From Lama glama (lineage: Eukaryota), in assembly GCA_028534125.1 (NCBI GenBank), contig CM052817.1, positions 104,968,001 to 105,032,000 on the forward strand: a stretch of 64,000 bases of DNA, written 5' to 3'. How positions within the stretch are numbered: the stretch's first letter is position 1; every line of letters begins with the position of its first letter. The translations under genes were made by a program, and so were the position numbers. Positions 35,655 to 49,744 of this stretch are shown piece by piece. Under the pieces are notes generated by a model that saw nothing but the letters and a program-made list of their open reading frames with translations, was not told the origin of the DNA and ran no database searches.

Positions 35655-36892
35655 AACTGATGTTTGTCCCAGAGCAGAATCTAAATCTGAGACAGTGGTT
35701 TTAGAACTAAGCTGCAGGTGGAAACTGGAAGGGCCTTGAGAAGAATGTTAGTCAAAGACTATGAAGAAACTGTGAGAAAGGTCCGAATTGCCTTCAAAAG
35801 CCTATTGATGAGAACGTAATGAAAGACAGATAAACGTTACTGGAAGCTGAAGAGCCGGGGTCCCTTGTGAATACAGTGGAAGAAACCTGGCAGCACCACA
35901 GCCTGAAGTAACATGGAAAGAGAAAATGTACCTAAGGGACTGATGAACTAGCCAATGATATTTCCAGGAAGAGAGCTGAAGGGGACCTGGCTTCTCCTTG
36001 CTGCCCATAGTAAAATGTGAGAGACTAGCAAACAGCCCAAGTAAGAACAATATCGTTTGAAGTATCATAGGTTTTCTTAGTTTAAAAATAAACCTTTTTT
36101 CTTTCAGACCCAGCCTTTTCAGGTAGCAAATGTTTTTAAAATTGGAAACGGTTTCAAGGTTAAATACAGGAAACTGCAACAAACAAATAGTTTTGTAAAT
36201 GGGATCAAGACCCTGAAAGTAAAATACTTTGTCAAGACTTCTGAAAAATCTAAAATCAAGCCTCAGACACCTGTTCAAAAAAAAACAATAAAGCCCCTCT
36301 AAGTATGTTTAGGCCATTTGTCTCATATCTTTCTTTTCTAAGCATATCTTTTCTAAGGGCTTTCTTGAATCTTAAGTCCTGTGAGAGACTTACAGGGTAT
36401 AGAATAGCTTTTCTAGATCAGATTTCTGGGGTTGTTTTTTGGTCTAATGGAGTGAATTATAAATTGATTCACAAGAAACCTGCAAAAATTTGAAAGAAAA
36501 TACATTGGCTAGTGCTGGAAAGAAGAGACAGTACAAAATGAAAAAAAAAAGAATTGAATCTTTGAACTTCTCAAGGTAGCAAGAATGCTGAGAAATTTAC
36601 TAACCTGCAGACACAGGCTACATATTTTTTTTTTTGAGGAGGAATAATTTAAATGGTATCACCAAATTCAGGAATGTGGGGACTCTCTCCCAGGCAGGAG
36701 GGTTGTAGTCCAGTTGATGACTAGTATTATATGCTTACCTGGATTTCAAAATTGCTATGGACCAGTGACTTCTGCGTGCATCTGATTTTCCTTCTTTTGG
36801 AACAAGACTGCGTATGGCAATGATAGTTTCTGCCTTCTTCTATTGTGTATTAAGTGTGTGGGAGTCATTTAATTAGTCTCTGTATTAACAGG
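35655..36892 (+). mobile_element. MaLR (MLT1-int) internal region
   Basis: GTGGTTTTAGAACT..CTGGAAGGGCCTTGAG; GGGGTCCCTTGT; ATATTTCCAGG..CTGGCTTCTCCTTGCTGCCCATAGTAAAATG (WLLLAAHSKM, MaLR ORF-like); GGATTTCAAAATTGCTATGGACCAGTGAC. Confidence 0.7.
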
Positions 36893-36985
36893 TGTATTAG
36901 TCAGGATTCCCTAAAAAAAAGAGAACCAATTTATTGAGAAAGAAAAAGACAGAGAGAGAAAGAGAGAGAGGGAGAGAGAGAAAGT
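36893..36985 (-). mobile_element. MLT2-like LTR terminus with GA-rich tract
   Basis: TGTATTAGTCAGGATTC..AGAACCAAT followed by (GA)n. Confidence 0.5.
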
Positions 36986-36989
36986 TGGA

Positions 36990-37690
36990 CCACTAAGATG
37001 GTAATAATAATAAAAACAATAATAATAACAATAATGAAAAAGCAAGTGTTGGCGAGGATGTGGTGAAATTGGAACACTCATTCATGGCTAGTGGAAATGT
37101 AAAATGGTTCAGTATTGCACAAGATGATCTGGTGGTTCCTCAAAATGTTAAACATAAAATTACCATATGATCCAGCAATTCCACTCTTAGGTGTATACTC
37201 AAAAGAATAGAAAACAGGTACTCAAACAAGTACATATGCACGTGTGTTCATTGTAGCATTATTTATAATAGCCACAAGGTGAACATACTACCAATTGTTA
37301 TATATACATACAGTGGAGTATTATTCAGGCATAAAAAATGAAGAACTGTTACACAAGACATAGAGGAAGCTGAAAAACATGCTAAATGAAAGAAACCACA
37401 TACAAAATGTTATATAATGTATGATTTATTTTATAAATAATATCCAGAAGAGTAAATCTATACAGATAGAACACATTTTGGAAGTTACCAGGGGCAGGGG
37501 CTAGTGGAGAATAGAGGATAACTACTTAATAGATGAGAGATTTCCTTTTGTGCTGATGAAGATATTTTTAGCTAGATGGAGCTGGAATTTGCACAACAGT
37601 GTTCATATACTAACTGCCACTGAGTTACCCACTTTAAAATGGTTGATTCTATGTTATGTAAATTTCACTTCAATATAAATGTTAAAAATT
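36990..37690 (+). mobile_element. L1MB-like 3' end
   Basis: AAGTGTTGGCGAGGATGTGGTGAAATTGGAAC..TACCATATGATCCAGCAATTCCACTC..ACTTTAAAATGGTT..TATGTTATGTAAATTTCACTTCAAT. Confidence 0.9.
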
Positions 37691-40600
37691 AACTAAAAAC
37701 ACTAAAAGGAAAGATTAATTATTCAATCACATAGAAAAAATATTCTAACAAAGCCCACATACACACAGGCAAAGAACTAATGTGAAAATTCTTTCAAACT
37801 GATAACACAGAAATAGACAAATATGTCTAAAATGTTCTACCTGCCCAAATCTTAATAAGAAAAAGCAATCTAACAAAAAATGGGCAAAACACAAGCACAA
37901 ACCATAAATAGGAAAGTAAATAAAATTGTTTTGAACATTTACAAAAATGCTGAACTTCAGACTTTAAAAGGAGAATATAAATAGAATCTTTAGTATGTTA
38001 CTTTTTAAACTTTTTAGACAAACATGAAAATGCTAAAATTACACAGACTGAGATAGAGAATGGAGAATAGGCACTTTCTCCCTTTTTTGGGGACCTCTAT
38101 GTCTGCAACTTTTCTCATTGTTTTACTGCCACTGGACCAGTTCGCTAGTAAAAGAGAAGACACAGTACCATCCCATATCTAGAATCCAAGATTTTATCTT
38201 CCCCACCACTCGCAGTGCTCCTCAGTGTGGATATTCTCTACAGAACGTGTATTCTCTAGAGTTTATCTTCATGTGCCTGGTAACCTAGGGAACTGTCTTT
38301 GATGCTTATCACTCTTTTGGCTACTGGACACTTAGTATCCCTTCTTTTCATTGTTGCCCTTACGTAAAAAATAAAAATCTATGATAAACTCAGCTGCGCA
38401 TTTTTGCTCAATAGTCTCCTGTTAATATATATTGCAAACATTTAGTTCCTCTGCTTTATTGCATCATGTATTTTACAACTAATTTTAATGTCTTTAAAAT
38501 GAATACATCTGACAATTTGCATGTAAGTTTATTTCTTAGGAAATAATAAAACTCATATTCTGGTAATAGCCACAAAACAAAACTTCTTCATCATAATTTA
38601 TGGATGTGAGGGATGGGCATGAATAGACATTTAGGGTCTATGACTACTGTAAAATGTAAGACAAATATTAAGCCTTTGTGAGAATTTGTGGTTTCCATGA
38701 GACAGTAATGCATATAATTTATAATATAATAACTATGTAATATTATAATAATTTATATTATTACAGTATGTAATAATGTACCATTAATGCATATAACTGT
38801 TATGTATATATAATTTATAATACATAACTTGTAATACAAAGTCTATTTGTTTATTATGTTCATATTTAAGATGCATAGTTCATCTTCAGTAGAGGATTTA
38901 TCTACACTACCTTGCAAATTAACATCTTTTCAAAATAAGTTATATAAAATGGGCATTTAGCTAATACCTAAATTTCTGTAAAAAACTTGAAAAGTTTGTA
39001 TTGTTAATAATATAATATTTAGATAGTTATAATAAGGCTAAGTATGTCAAGTAGTACCACAATCAAATATTTATAGCAATGTTAAATTACTAAATAAACA
39101 ACTTATTGTCATTTTAGAAAATATAGAAAATCTAAAGAATAAAATAAAAGCATCCTACCATCCAGAAGTCATCATCATTAATTTAGAGGCATAAATAATT
39201 CTTTCTATTCCTTTAAAATTATATAGTTTAAGTCTGCATAAAATCAGTAGTTTAATTCTTTCACACCCAATAATTATATCTCGATATGAGTTTAAACGTA
39301 AGTATTCATCTGATATTGCCAAACTTGAATCAAAAGACCTCTTACCAAACAACACAAGGAATTTATATGTTTAAAACTTTCAGGAGGAAAGGAAAAGATA
39401 AAATACATTCATGATAACATCTAACTGCAGAATGCAAACCACTTCTTGATATTTCTGTTTTTCCTGTTCATCACCATCCTCATAATTAAGCAGATAAGTG
39501 GAGGAAATTGCTTTTTAGCTGTTGTAACATAATTGACTTTCTGTAAACATCCAACATTCCTCCATGAGGTATTTGGGGACAGTAGGTGAGGGGGGGATAT
39601 TGGTTTTTAAATACAAGCTGCATTTTTAATTTAGAAGAAATAGCTATTCGTATGCACACACATTTCTTATTCACAATGTTGATTTGTATAGACAAAATAT
39701 TGTCAGGTTAAGCAGGAATATGAAAACATTGGTTAAAAAAAGTGTTTCTTTTCCTGGAAAAGATAATGAGTAACAGATTTTTTAAAATTTTAGATAAATG
39801 ATAGTGGTCATGGCATGTGAGACAATATATATCCCTCACTTCCAATGGGCTCTGAAAGCTGCAAAATATTTATTCAGAAGTAAGTGTGTAAGGTAAGCAT
39901 TGCTATTTCATTTTATCCTTCCAGAAAGAACTAATGTCTGAAAGGCTTGGACTTGATATCTACATTTTTTTTTTTTTGCTTTTTACAATGTTCTTATGCA
40001 AGTTATTTATTTACTAAACACATATGTCTCTCCATGTGTAGAAGACTTAATACCATTATTACCACCTTATCATACTGCTGTGTGGCCTTGTATGCAGGGC
40101 CCAGCATGATACTGATTTCATATGGGGTTACTGCACTTGCTTCTCCTGGTATAATCGGAGGTTGAGCCTCCTCTCCTTTAGCTGTCAGGTACTTCATGTC
40201 ACAGTCCGTTGTTCCCTCTCCTGGTCTTTACAGGGGTCAGGTACTTAAATATTAAGATGCGAAGGGGAGGAAAAACTACTTACCCATTATGTAAAATTCT
40301 CCTTCTTAAAGAGAAACCAGTTTTAAAAACAGCAGCTCAATCTCCAAGCTAGTGGCCGAGAAGGCAATGTGTCTAAGGTAGGGCTTTGTGGATCATTGCT
40401 GATCTCAGATCGAAGATGTCATGCATGGAGGACAAAAGTTCACACTTTGAAGATGTGCTGCTCTGATCCTAAATCTCCCAGTTGCCAAAGATTCCTGACC
40501 CCAGCTTTAAACTCCAACTACAAAATAGTGTGACTATTTTTTTCATTCTGACAGATTGATGAACATTATTAAAAGGGATCAATCTATATAAGTCTGTTTA

Positions 40601-40834
40601 ACCAAGGGATACTATACATCTTGGACGAGAGGCAGAGAAGGAGACAGGGCAACGGGAGAAGGAGAGAAAGTAGATGGATGTTATGGGTATGTGACTGATA
40701 CAAGGATTTGTTAAGAATAAAGCAGGGGGCAGAGGGAGTTTAAAAAAATGGCTTTACCTGGGCTAAGATCTGAGGTCATCTATTTTCTTTCTTAATCTTC
40801 AGGAGGCACTCTCATTTAAGTCACTTACACATTT

Positions 40835-42680
40835 GTAGTTTATTCACTTAACTGATACAGATTCCCCACTGCTAAATGCCAAACATTGTCTGAAGCACTG
40901 GAAGTAGAATGAATAAGGCTGGTAAGTTCTCTCCTTTTGGAAACTATGTTCTGATATGAGGACCAATACACAGAAACCAATTTAGTGACTTAAAACTTTG
41001 GGTAACTGATCAAGGGTCGCATTACGTTAAATGCGCATGGAGGATGAACACGAGGTGGCAGGGTACAAAATGCCAGAGTGGTCACTTTACGTGTCAGGGT
41101 GTCAGGGCCACAGACACCTCTCTGAGGAGGTTGTATGAAATCCAAGTTCAGGGCTCCGAGAAGAGAGATTGTGAAGATTGAGAGCAATGACTTTCCAGGC
41201 AGCAGGCTAATTACTGAAAAAGCCTTAAAATGGGAACAGAATTGGCATGCACACTTGTGGACAAGCACATGGCATGGGGGGACTTTACCTTCCATGGTCA
41301 GAGGTGAGACCCAGGAAGCCCAGCCACAAGCCACAGAAAGGGCTTTAGATTTCAAAGGGAAGAAACTAGAGAGTTCCAAGCAGGAAAGTGGTCTGATTGG
41401 ACCTATCTTTATTCTTCCCCAGACTTATTGAAATATGATTGAATATGACATTGTTTGACATTGTTTGAGTAGTGCAACGTGATGATTTGATACATGTACA
41501 TATTGTGAAATGATCTCCGTAGTAAGGACAGTTAACACATCCATCATCTCAGTTAGTTGCCTTGTGTGTGTGTATGTGCATGTGTGTGTGTGTGTAGTGA
41601 GAACATTTTAGATCTACTCTTCGTCTCCTTCAAATATACAGTACAGTATTGTTAACTACAATCACCATGATCTATCTTTAAAGGAGACTTGAGGCCTCTC
41701 TATAAAAAAATAGATTACAGAGGAGCAGTTGCAATCAGGAGAGGGATGAGAAGAGTGAGCTGGCTGGGACGGGAGAGGCAGAGATGGAAAGATGTGGGAG
41801 GAGTCGAGATTTGCTCTGAGGTACAGCTGCCGGGAATTGCTGATGGAATGGATGCGTGGATGAGGACAAAGAAGACCATTTTTTTCTATTATGATGCTGC
41901 TTACTTGTCCTGGGCTCTGATGGGGGACTGTGCTGGGAAGAGTAGCTTAGTGCGGATGGAAGGATGTCGGTGGGAATCTGAGGATGCGTTTAGCCTCCTT
42001 AAGCTTGGATATTAAGTGTCCCGGACAAGATCTGAATATGTGGCCCCAGAGTTCTTGGGGCAGGGAAGGATTGCTTTCTTAGGTTTGGGAATTTTTGGCA
42101 CAAAGATGGTGTTTAAAGCTATAGAACTTGATCAGTTGCCCTAAAAAAAAAGAGGATAGACAGATAGGTAAATCTTCATATTTAAGGGGAACAAATGAGT
42201 GGAAGTTAGGAAAGGCATGCTAAATCGAACTTCAAGAAAGGGCAAGAGAAACAATGATGTTGAGAATACAGGTAAAGAGAGAATTATAAAAGGAAGCAAT
42301 ACCAGTGACTACTTGTGAAACTCCAGTCGCCGTGGAATGATACAAGAAACCAAGTCGTTTTAGAGGAGAAAATATGAGATGAAGTGGAGGCAGAAATTAT
42401 GAAAACTGTCCATTTTCAAAAGAAATCAGAGGAAACAGGGTAGTCTCTAGAGGCATGTAAGACAGTGGGAAAATTTCTGATTTTTAAAAATTTTTGTTAC
42501 TGTTTTTTAATAGGGACATAAGAATGGTAGCCAACTAATGAGACTGTCTGGTGCAGAGGGAGAAATTGATCATGAAAAATGAAATGAACTATAAGAGCAA
42601 ATTTCTTAACGTGAGAGTTCAAGTGAAAGACGTTTTCTGATGGGAGCAAGACATTTCTCATTCATAGTCGTAGGAGGCCA
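40835..42680 (-). mobile_element. L2 LINE fragments, interrupted by the L1 at 41412-41671
   Basis: Purine-rich antisense L2 blocks (TTTATTCACTTAAC..TGCCAAACATTG; GGAATTGCTGATGGAATGGATG; AGATGGTGTTTAAAGCTAT). Confidence 0.6.
41412..41671 (-). mobile_element. L1MA-like 3' end with 9-bp TSD
   Basis: GTGATGATTTGATACATGTACATATTGTGAAATGAT..GTGAGAACATTTTAGATCTACTCTT; TSD CTATCTTTA at 41403-41411 and 41672-41680. Confidence 0.85.
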
Positions 42681-45600
42681 ACAATATTATCAAAACATAC
42701 AGTTTTAATTAGAGTGATCGTTTACTAGGTAAACACAACATAAAACCATGCAATGTTTATACTTTAAAGAAATCCGCAATCACCGCATGTTCTTCTGTCA
42801 TTAAAGATATATTTACCAAGCAAAATTAAGTCAGGAACTCACTGCAGAGTTTTGCTGTTTAACCGATTATGGGCCCACTGAATGTATAGGCATAATATCT
42901 CACATGAGTTTACCATAAAAAGTTTTCCCAATATTGACAAATAAGTCAGATCTATACAAGGGATTTCTTTGGAAGAAAGAATAGATACTAAAAATATAAT
43001 AAATTATTAATTCAAATTGAAAGAATTCAATTTCCCAAACTCATAAACAAATTTACCATCCATATTCATAAAAAGACCCTCTATATTAATTAAAATCTAA
43101 ATCTAATTTTTTACTAATAACTGCTGGGTGTTGTTTACAATTTGAAAGAAATAGAATGGCTTATTTGTGAAAGAATGCTCTAAGTGGATGTGCTCTATTG
43201 ATAATTGGTTTCTTTGGGATTATAGATGCTTTCACTTGTTTTTTAACAAAAGATCTGCATCATGCTGAAATATTATTATCTATAAAATTTTGGATTAGGT
43301 CAGCTTTTTAAATCAGCTTCAATAATTATGAAGACTTATTTTTAATGCTCTAGGACAGTAGCTTTCAAGAATATAATTGTCATATTTATGATTAATTTCT
43401 ATTGCTAATAAATTGTTCATTAAACAAAATAATATATGCTTGTTTTTACTATTTCAAACAATACAGATTGTATAGAGAAAATTTCATGGTCTTTTCATCC
43501 TTCGCCTTCATCCTTCCTCTTCCCCCTGAAGTATATCAGCCTCTATCAGGTGGTTGTGCATCTTGGAAAAAATATCTCTGAGTTCATGGGAATATATGCA
43601 AATTAATATATTCGCAAGGAGAGTTTTTCTCATTACGGTTAATAGGAAATGTCTCCTGCAACTTGTTTTATTCACTTATTATTGTATTCATATACATCAT
43701 GTTCTCTGTATGTATGTCTATTCATATACACACATGCACGTATATCTGCATATTTATAACTCGAACATCTGGATGTATAAAACATGATCATCAGGATGAC
43801 TTCAGTGGTTCTAAAGTAGAAAGCATATAAATATGCTTTACTATTTACTGAAAGTCTCTATATCCCCTTACTCATTTCAAAATATCTCCAAATTAGATAT
43901 TATAATAATATTATCAGGCTTAAAGAATGAAGAACAAGAAAAAAAATAATAGTGAGGACCAACTTTTCAGGAAATATTCATGCTCTTTTACATAAGTTTC
44001 AGTAATATTACTGTGAATGTGTGTGAGTATTTTTTAGGGAGATTTGAAAAGGAAAAAATTGTTCTCACATTATAATTATGTAATTCTTTTAAAAAGTTTT
44101 TAAAATATCTTTTTTCCCTAATCTGAAGACAATGCTAAAAGTTTTAAGCTTTTTTTTTCCTTAAGTGACTATTGTCAGATCTCTTTTAGTGTTGGAAGTA
44201 AAAATAAAAATATAAATTGTCTGTTATTTTGAAATATCTTAATCGCAATGACAGCATGAGAGCAGCTCTTTTAATAAGTAGATTATACTATGAAAGATTT
44301 ATAATTACCCTTTTAATAATATGATTGTGAGTTTATCAGGATCGAGAAGAACTGAGGTAAGATTTACTGAGAATTACGATGCGCCAGGTTCTGTAGTTTG
44401 AGATTTGAATGCATTGTTTAATTCAGACCCAGTAACAACCTTACAAAGGACCAATGATGGATAAACATCTATACTCATTAGTAATGCTTTCCAAAAATTA
44501 TTTTGAAATTAATTATAAAAAATGATATTTTAGACTTACATACATGGATCCTATTCTAATAAGAATAAAATACTAGATCATCAAACAGGATTTGCTAACA
44601 CCAATTACTATAAAGGTATAAGTGATCATTCAATTAACAATTGTTTCTTAATATCATATATTGATGCATATCAATTTTTGGATTGATTTATCTTAAAATT
44701 ATGGAGTTTTCTCTAATATTATATTTGTGAAAATTTTGAATATCACAGCAATGATCAGAGGAATTACATTTTCTTGTATGTTTTATCTGTAGGAGAAACT
44801 CACTTCCACCATGAGCAGCAGGAACACTGAGTCTAAGGAAATGAGCTAATGAGAATCCTCAACTAACCTGTAATGTCACTTAATAGACAGGACTTTGCGC
44901 CTAAGAAGAGGGATTTTGTAATAATAGATGGAGCGTGGGAGGAGTTTAAGGAGAATTTATGGTAATTTTGTGGTCGTAACAACTTCAGTGAAAAAAGATA
45001 CTTGCTTAGGTGTTTCATGCTCTTTATGAAGAAACCAGTGATAAATTGTGTTCATATCAAGAGCTCTTGGAACACATCCCCTTTACATTTGGATAATGGG
45101 AATTATTTTGTGCAAAGATGATGTCTCCAACTTTTTAAAATCACTATCCACTGTCTTTCATACACAGTTTTTATAACCTATTTCTACTATATTAAATGTG
45201 TTTTTTATGTTCCTTTATCTTCCACATTTGAGCCTACTTCGAGCCTGGCTGCACACACAGAAGCATCCCATCCAAATGAAACTAAATGTGTGACTGTGTT
45301 TTCATATCTAGTAACTTCTATCTTTTGAACAAATTTATAAGCTCATAGTAAGACTTTCATTTTAATGGTGTTTCCCCCTCATCCCTACTTCATAGCAAGA
45401 GCAAGAATCAATAATATAGTCAAATAACCACTGCTATGAGGAAAACTAAGAGAAAGACTAGAATTCATGTGACTGTTTGGGATGGATTAAAGACCAAGTC
45501 ATGAAAGCACGATTTTATTGATAAAAATGGTTTGGCACGACCAACATGTACTGTTTGAAAATGCAGGTTGAGTGGAATCTAAATATATGAAATGTAAGGT

Positions 45601-45845
45601 ATCTTCTCATGTAGTAATTTGTTCACTTTGCAAATGAGATGCATCTAGTAATCTGACCAAAGTAATAAGCTTTGAGTGAATAGAGTCCTGCCTTGAATTT
45701 AAGGGCTGTGAATTCTTTTATTATAATCTATCTAATACATTATCTTGCCTTTCATTTAAATTCCAAAGGTAAATTTATCTTCCTTTACCATTATTGTTAC
45801 AGTATTAAAAAAATAAGTTGAGGGCTCCATTTGAAAGCTATGTGA

Positions 45846-46809
45846 GTCCCAAAATGGGCAGAAGACATAAACAAATATTTCTCCAAAGAAGACATACAGA
45901 TGGCCAGTAAGCATGTGAAAAGATGCTCAACACCACTAATTTTCAGAGAAATGCAAATCAAAACTACAATGACATCACACCAGTCAGAATGGCCATATCA
46001 TAAAAATGTCTACAAATAATAAATGCTGGAGAGGGTGTGGAGAAAAGGGAACCATCCTACACTGTTGTTGGGAATGTAGTTTGGTGCAGTAACTATGGAA
46101 AACAGTATGGAGATTCTTCAAAAAACTGAAAACTTATCCTATGTTCCAGCAATTCCTCTCCTGAGCATATACCTGGAGGAAACTCTAATTAGAAAAGACA
46201 CATGCACCCCAATGCTCATAGAAGCACTAGTTACACTAGCCAAGACATGGAAGTAATCTAAATGTCTATCAGCAGATGACTGGATGAAGAAGATGTGTTA
46301 TATATACATATATAATGGCATACCAACTCAGCCATAAAAAGAAGGGCAATCTGCCATTTGCAGCAACATGGATGGAGATGGAAATTTTCTTGCTAATTGA
46401 AGTAAACTAGAAATAGAAAAATAACATATGTTATCACTTACATGTGGAATCTAAAGAAAAAAAAGGGACACAAATGAACTTATTTATAAAAACAGAGACA
46501 GACTCACAGACATAGAAAACGAACTGATAGTTACTGGGTGGGAAGGGATAAATTGAGAGTTCTGAATTTGTAGATACTAACTAGTATATATAAAATAGAT
46601 AAATAATGAGGTCCTACTATATAGCACAGGGAGCTATATATATTCCATATCTTGTAATGGCCTCTAATGAAAAAGAATATGAAATAAATTATATAGATAT
46701 ATATATATCTATATAATTAGATATATATATATATATCTCAATCATTATGCTGTATATCAGAAATTAACACAACACTGTAAATTGATTGTACTTCAGGCAA
46801 AAAAAAAAG
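45846..46809 (+). mobile_element. Artiodactyl/camelid L1: ORF2 C-terminus and 3' UTR
   Basis: AAAATGGGCAGAAGAC..GAAATGCAAATCAAAACTACAATGA..CCATTTGCAGCAACATGGATGG..TATAGCACAGGG..TACTTCA followed by poly-A. Confidence 0.92.
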
Positions 46810-49145
46810 TATACCTGTTTATCTCCCACTGAACTGAATTATAAGACATAGGCAGAATCTATGGGCAGCATTTGAAAACTCAGGAAGGAAAGTATCAGTA
46901 GCCAGATTAGCAAAAGAAGACCAGAATTCAGAGTGTCACCAAACGAGTGGTGAGTTTACCTTTTCTGATTACATCCCCAAGCTTTAACTGAACCACAATG
47001 TCATCTGAAACCCAGGTGTGACAACAGTGTGTGATGAAAACAGAGAATGACCTAGGAGAAACCTTCTAATTCTGTAGTTTATTACATGGGAAAGGAACTC
47101 CTAAAGCTTAAAAGACTGGAGGAATTCCTTTTTTATTGTCTCTCCTTCTTCTGTCATTTCATAGTCTAACTAGATGTTGGCAGCCAGAAAGGGAGACTTA
47201 CAGACTCAAAATTGTGAGATCATGGAACATTTCTATCCAAAAGGAAGGGTCAAAATCCATTGTTTAAGTTGTTTTTTATCCCCTTGTTCTTTAGAAGTGG
47301 GTAATGTTTGCCTAGAGGACCACAAAGGGGAACTCACAGAAGTGCAAATGTTGGAGAGGCCATGGGAAGGTGAAGCTTGAGAAAATGATCTATTAAGGTG
47401 TTTCAAAACTCCTGGACTTACTACTAAATTGTGCATACCTGGGTTTACTCTTAATTATCCAACAAAGGCTTTGAAAACTCAATTAATGGGTAGAGTCCTG
47501 CTTGGTCCCAGAATGAGCAGTACTGGGTGGCAGAAATATGAAACAAACTCAAATAGCTTGGCAAACTATTTGAAAATGGAATTGACATTGGGTCCACAGC
47601 CCACTGATCACTGAAACAAAATTATCAACATTCTTCCTGGGATATAAACAGGAGTCCAAACCTGATGCAATATTAAAAATATGCAGAATACAAACTAAAA
47701 TTACTCAACATAGAAGAACCATGAAAACCTCAACCCACATGAAAAGTTAAATCCAAAGCCACCAAAGATGAGATGATGCAAACATTGAATTATGTGACAA
47801 GGATTTTACTGCAGGTATGATGAAAACTAAGCATTGTTGAAGCAACTATTAAAATATAAAGTATTAGCCAAAAAAAAAAACCAGAAGAAGAATCAGATAG
47901 AAATTTTAGAACCAAAAATCACAATAACTGATATGAAAATATTTGGAATCATATTGGTTGAAAACTTCCCAAGTTTGTCAAAAGACATAAGCCAAAAGAA
48001 TCAAGAAGCTGAATAAATCCCAAATAGGATAGATCCAAAGAAATATATGCTCAGATGCATTGTTCACAATTACTCAAAACAGAGAAAAAATCTTTAAAGT
48101 ATCTAGAAAAAAATGATACATTGCTCCTAGGGGCATAAAAATTCAAACAACTGCAGATTTCTCATCAGAGACTATGGAGGTCAGAAAAAGTGGCAAATCT
48201 TTTTTTTTTTTTTTTTTTGAAGTCTTACAAGAAAATTGCTATCAACCCAGAATTCTATATCTAGGGAAAATATCTGTCAAGAATGAGAGTGACATAAAGA
48301 CACTTGCAGATGAAAGAAAGATAAGCTTTCAACAGAAGGGAAATCAGACATTTTGGAAGGTCAGGGATGAATAAAGACTGATAGAAATCGCAAATACCTA
48401 CATAAATATCATAGCTTTTTCTAATCTTGAGTTCTTTAAAACCTGTCTGAGGGTAGATAGCCAAGCATGTAACACTGTCCGATGGTGTTTTTGTTACATG
48501 CAGATTTGATACAGCAGCTGCAGCATAAAGAGAAAAAAATAAAGGGATATATGTGTTTGATAAAGTTTCTGCAATACAACTGAAGTGGTTAAGGGTGCAT
48601 TTTGCAGTCAATAAAGCAACCAGTATGTGTGGGTGAGATACACACACACACACAGGACACAAAAAAGACATGGAATGGAAAACACAGTAACTAAAAGCAG
48701 AGGGAAAAAAACCCAGAAAACAAATAACATCCAAAATTCAAATGTATAAATAACATTAAATATAAATGATTAAACACACAGATAATAATAGAGATTTTTG
48801 TGCTAGATTAAATACACCCCAACTATATTCTGTCTATAAGGTACAAATTGTCAATATCAGGAATAAAACAGGGTATACATACATCATGCCCCCTAGAAAT
48901 TTAAAGCATAATAAAAGGAAACATAAATTCAAACATTTTGATGAAAAGGGCTAATTACACTAAGAGGACAATCTAAAAACCTACCAAAGGTTAAATAGCC
49001 CATAGCCATGTAACTATTAAAGAAATTGAATTTTAATTAATTATTTTTCAAAAACAAATCTCCAGGTCCACAAGCGTTTCTATAAATATTAGCAAAGATG
49101 TAAAGAAATACCATAAATTTTCATAATTTATTCCAGAAAACAGAA
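46810..49145 (+). mobile_element. Old L1 (L1MC-like) 5' UTR, ORF1 and ORF2 fragments
   Basis: ORF1-like blocks (GAAAACTTCCCAAGTTTG; GCAGATTTCTCATCAGAGACTATGGAGGTCAGAA; ATCAACCCAGAATTCTATATC). Confidence 0.7.
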
Positions 49146-49147
49146 GC

Positions 49148-49730
49148 GTGTACTAGTTTCCTTCTGTTCTGTAGCAGTCATCCCAAACCTAGTGGCTCAA
49201 AACGACAGCCATTTGTTATGCTACAGTTTCTGTAGGTCAGAATTCCAGTTACTGCACAGTGGGGTTCATTGCTCAGAGTCTCACAAGGGTAAAATCAACG
49301 TGCCACCTAAGAGTGTTATGTCATCTGAGATTTGGAGTCCTTTCCAGCCAGAGGTTGTAAGATTGGGGTCTTCAGCTCCTCACAGCCCCCTGCCAGTCCC
49401 TGCCATGTGACCCTGCCAAAACAAGGGAATTTGTTCCTCCAACCTGCAAGTCCAAGAGGAGAATCCTCCCTTCCCCTGCCTTCCTCATCTCTCTGACTAT
49501 AAAGAAGATCGGACCTTATTAGGTCAAATTTACCCAGGATAATCTCCCTGTGGTGGCTCAGAATCTAGTGATTAGGCATGTTAATTACATTGGCAAAATC
49601 CCTTGGTCACGTAAGGTACCATGGGAGTTATAATCCATCGTCTCCACAAGTCCTGCTCACACCCCAAAAGAGGGGATTCTCCACAGTGTGTACATGAAAG
49701 GGAAATCTTGGGCTCATCTTAAAATCCTGT
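49148..49730 (-). mobile_element. MLT1 (MLT1E-like) LTR
   Basis: TGTACTAGTTTCC..CCTAGTGGCTCAAAACGAC..CAGTTTCTGTAGGTCAGAA..ACCCAGGATAATCTCCC..TTAATTACATTGGCAAAATCCC..GGAAATCTTGGG. Confidence 0.8.
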
Positions 49731-49744
49731 AAAAACAGATCACA

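Noticed and set aside
38710..38840. Very AT-rich TAAT/TATA-repeat stretch
   Set aside because: Low-complexity sequence with no consistent period
39794..39879. Possible 86-nt exon (TTTTAG ... GTAAGT)
   Set aside because: Stop codons in all three frames and a weak pyrimidine tract; a non-coding exon cannot be supported without transcript data
44340..44850. Possible 17-nt micro-exon (44340-44356, GAG|GTAAGA) and acceptor at 44792
   Set aside because: The joined frames stop quickly with no recognisable peptide; such sites occur by chance
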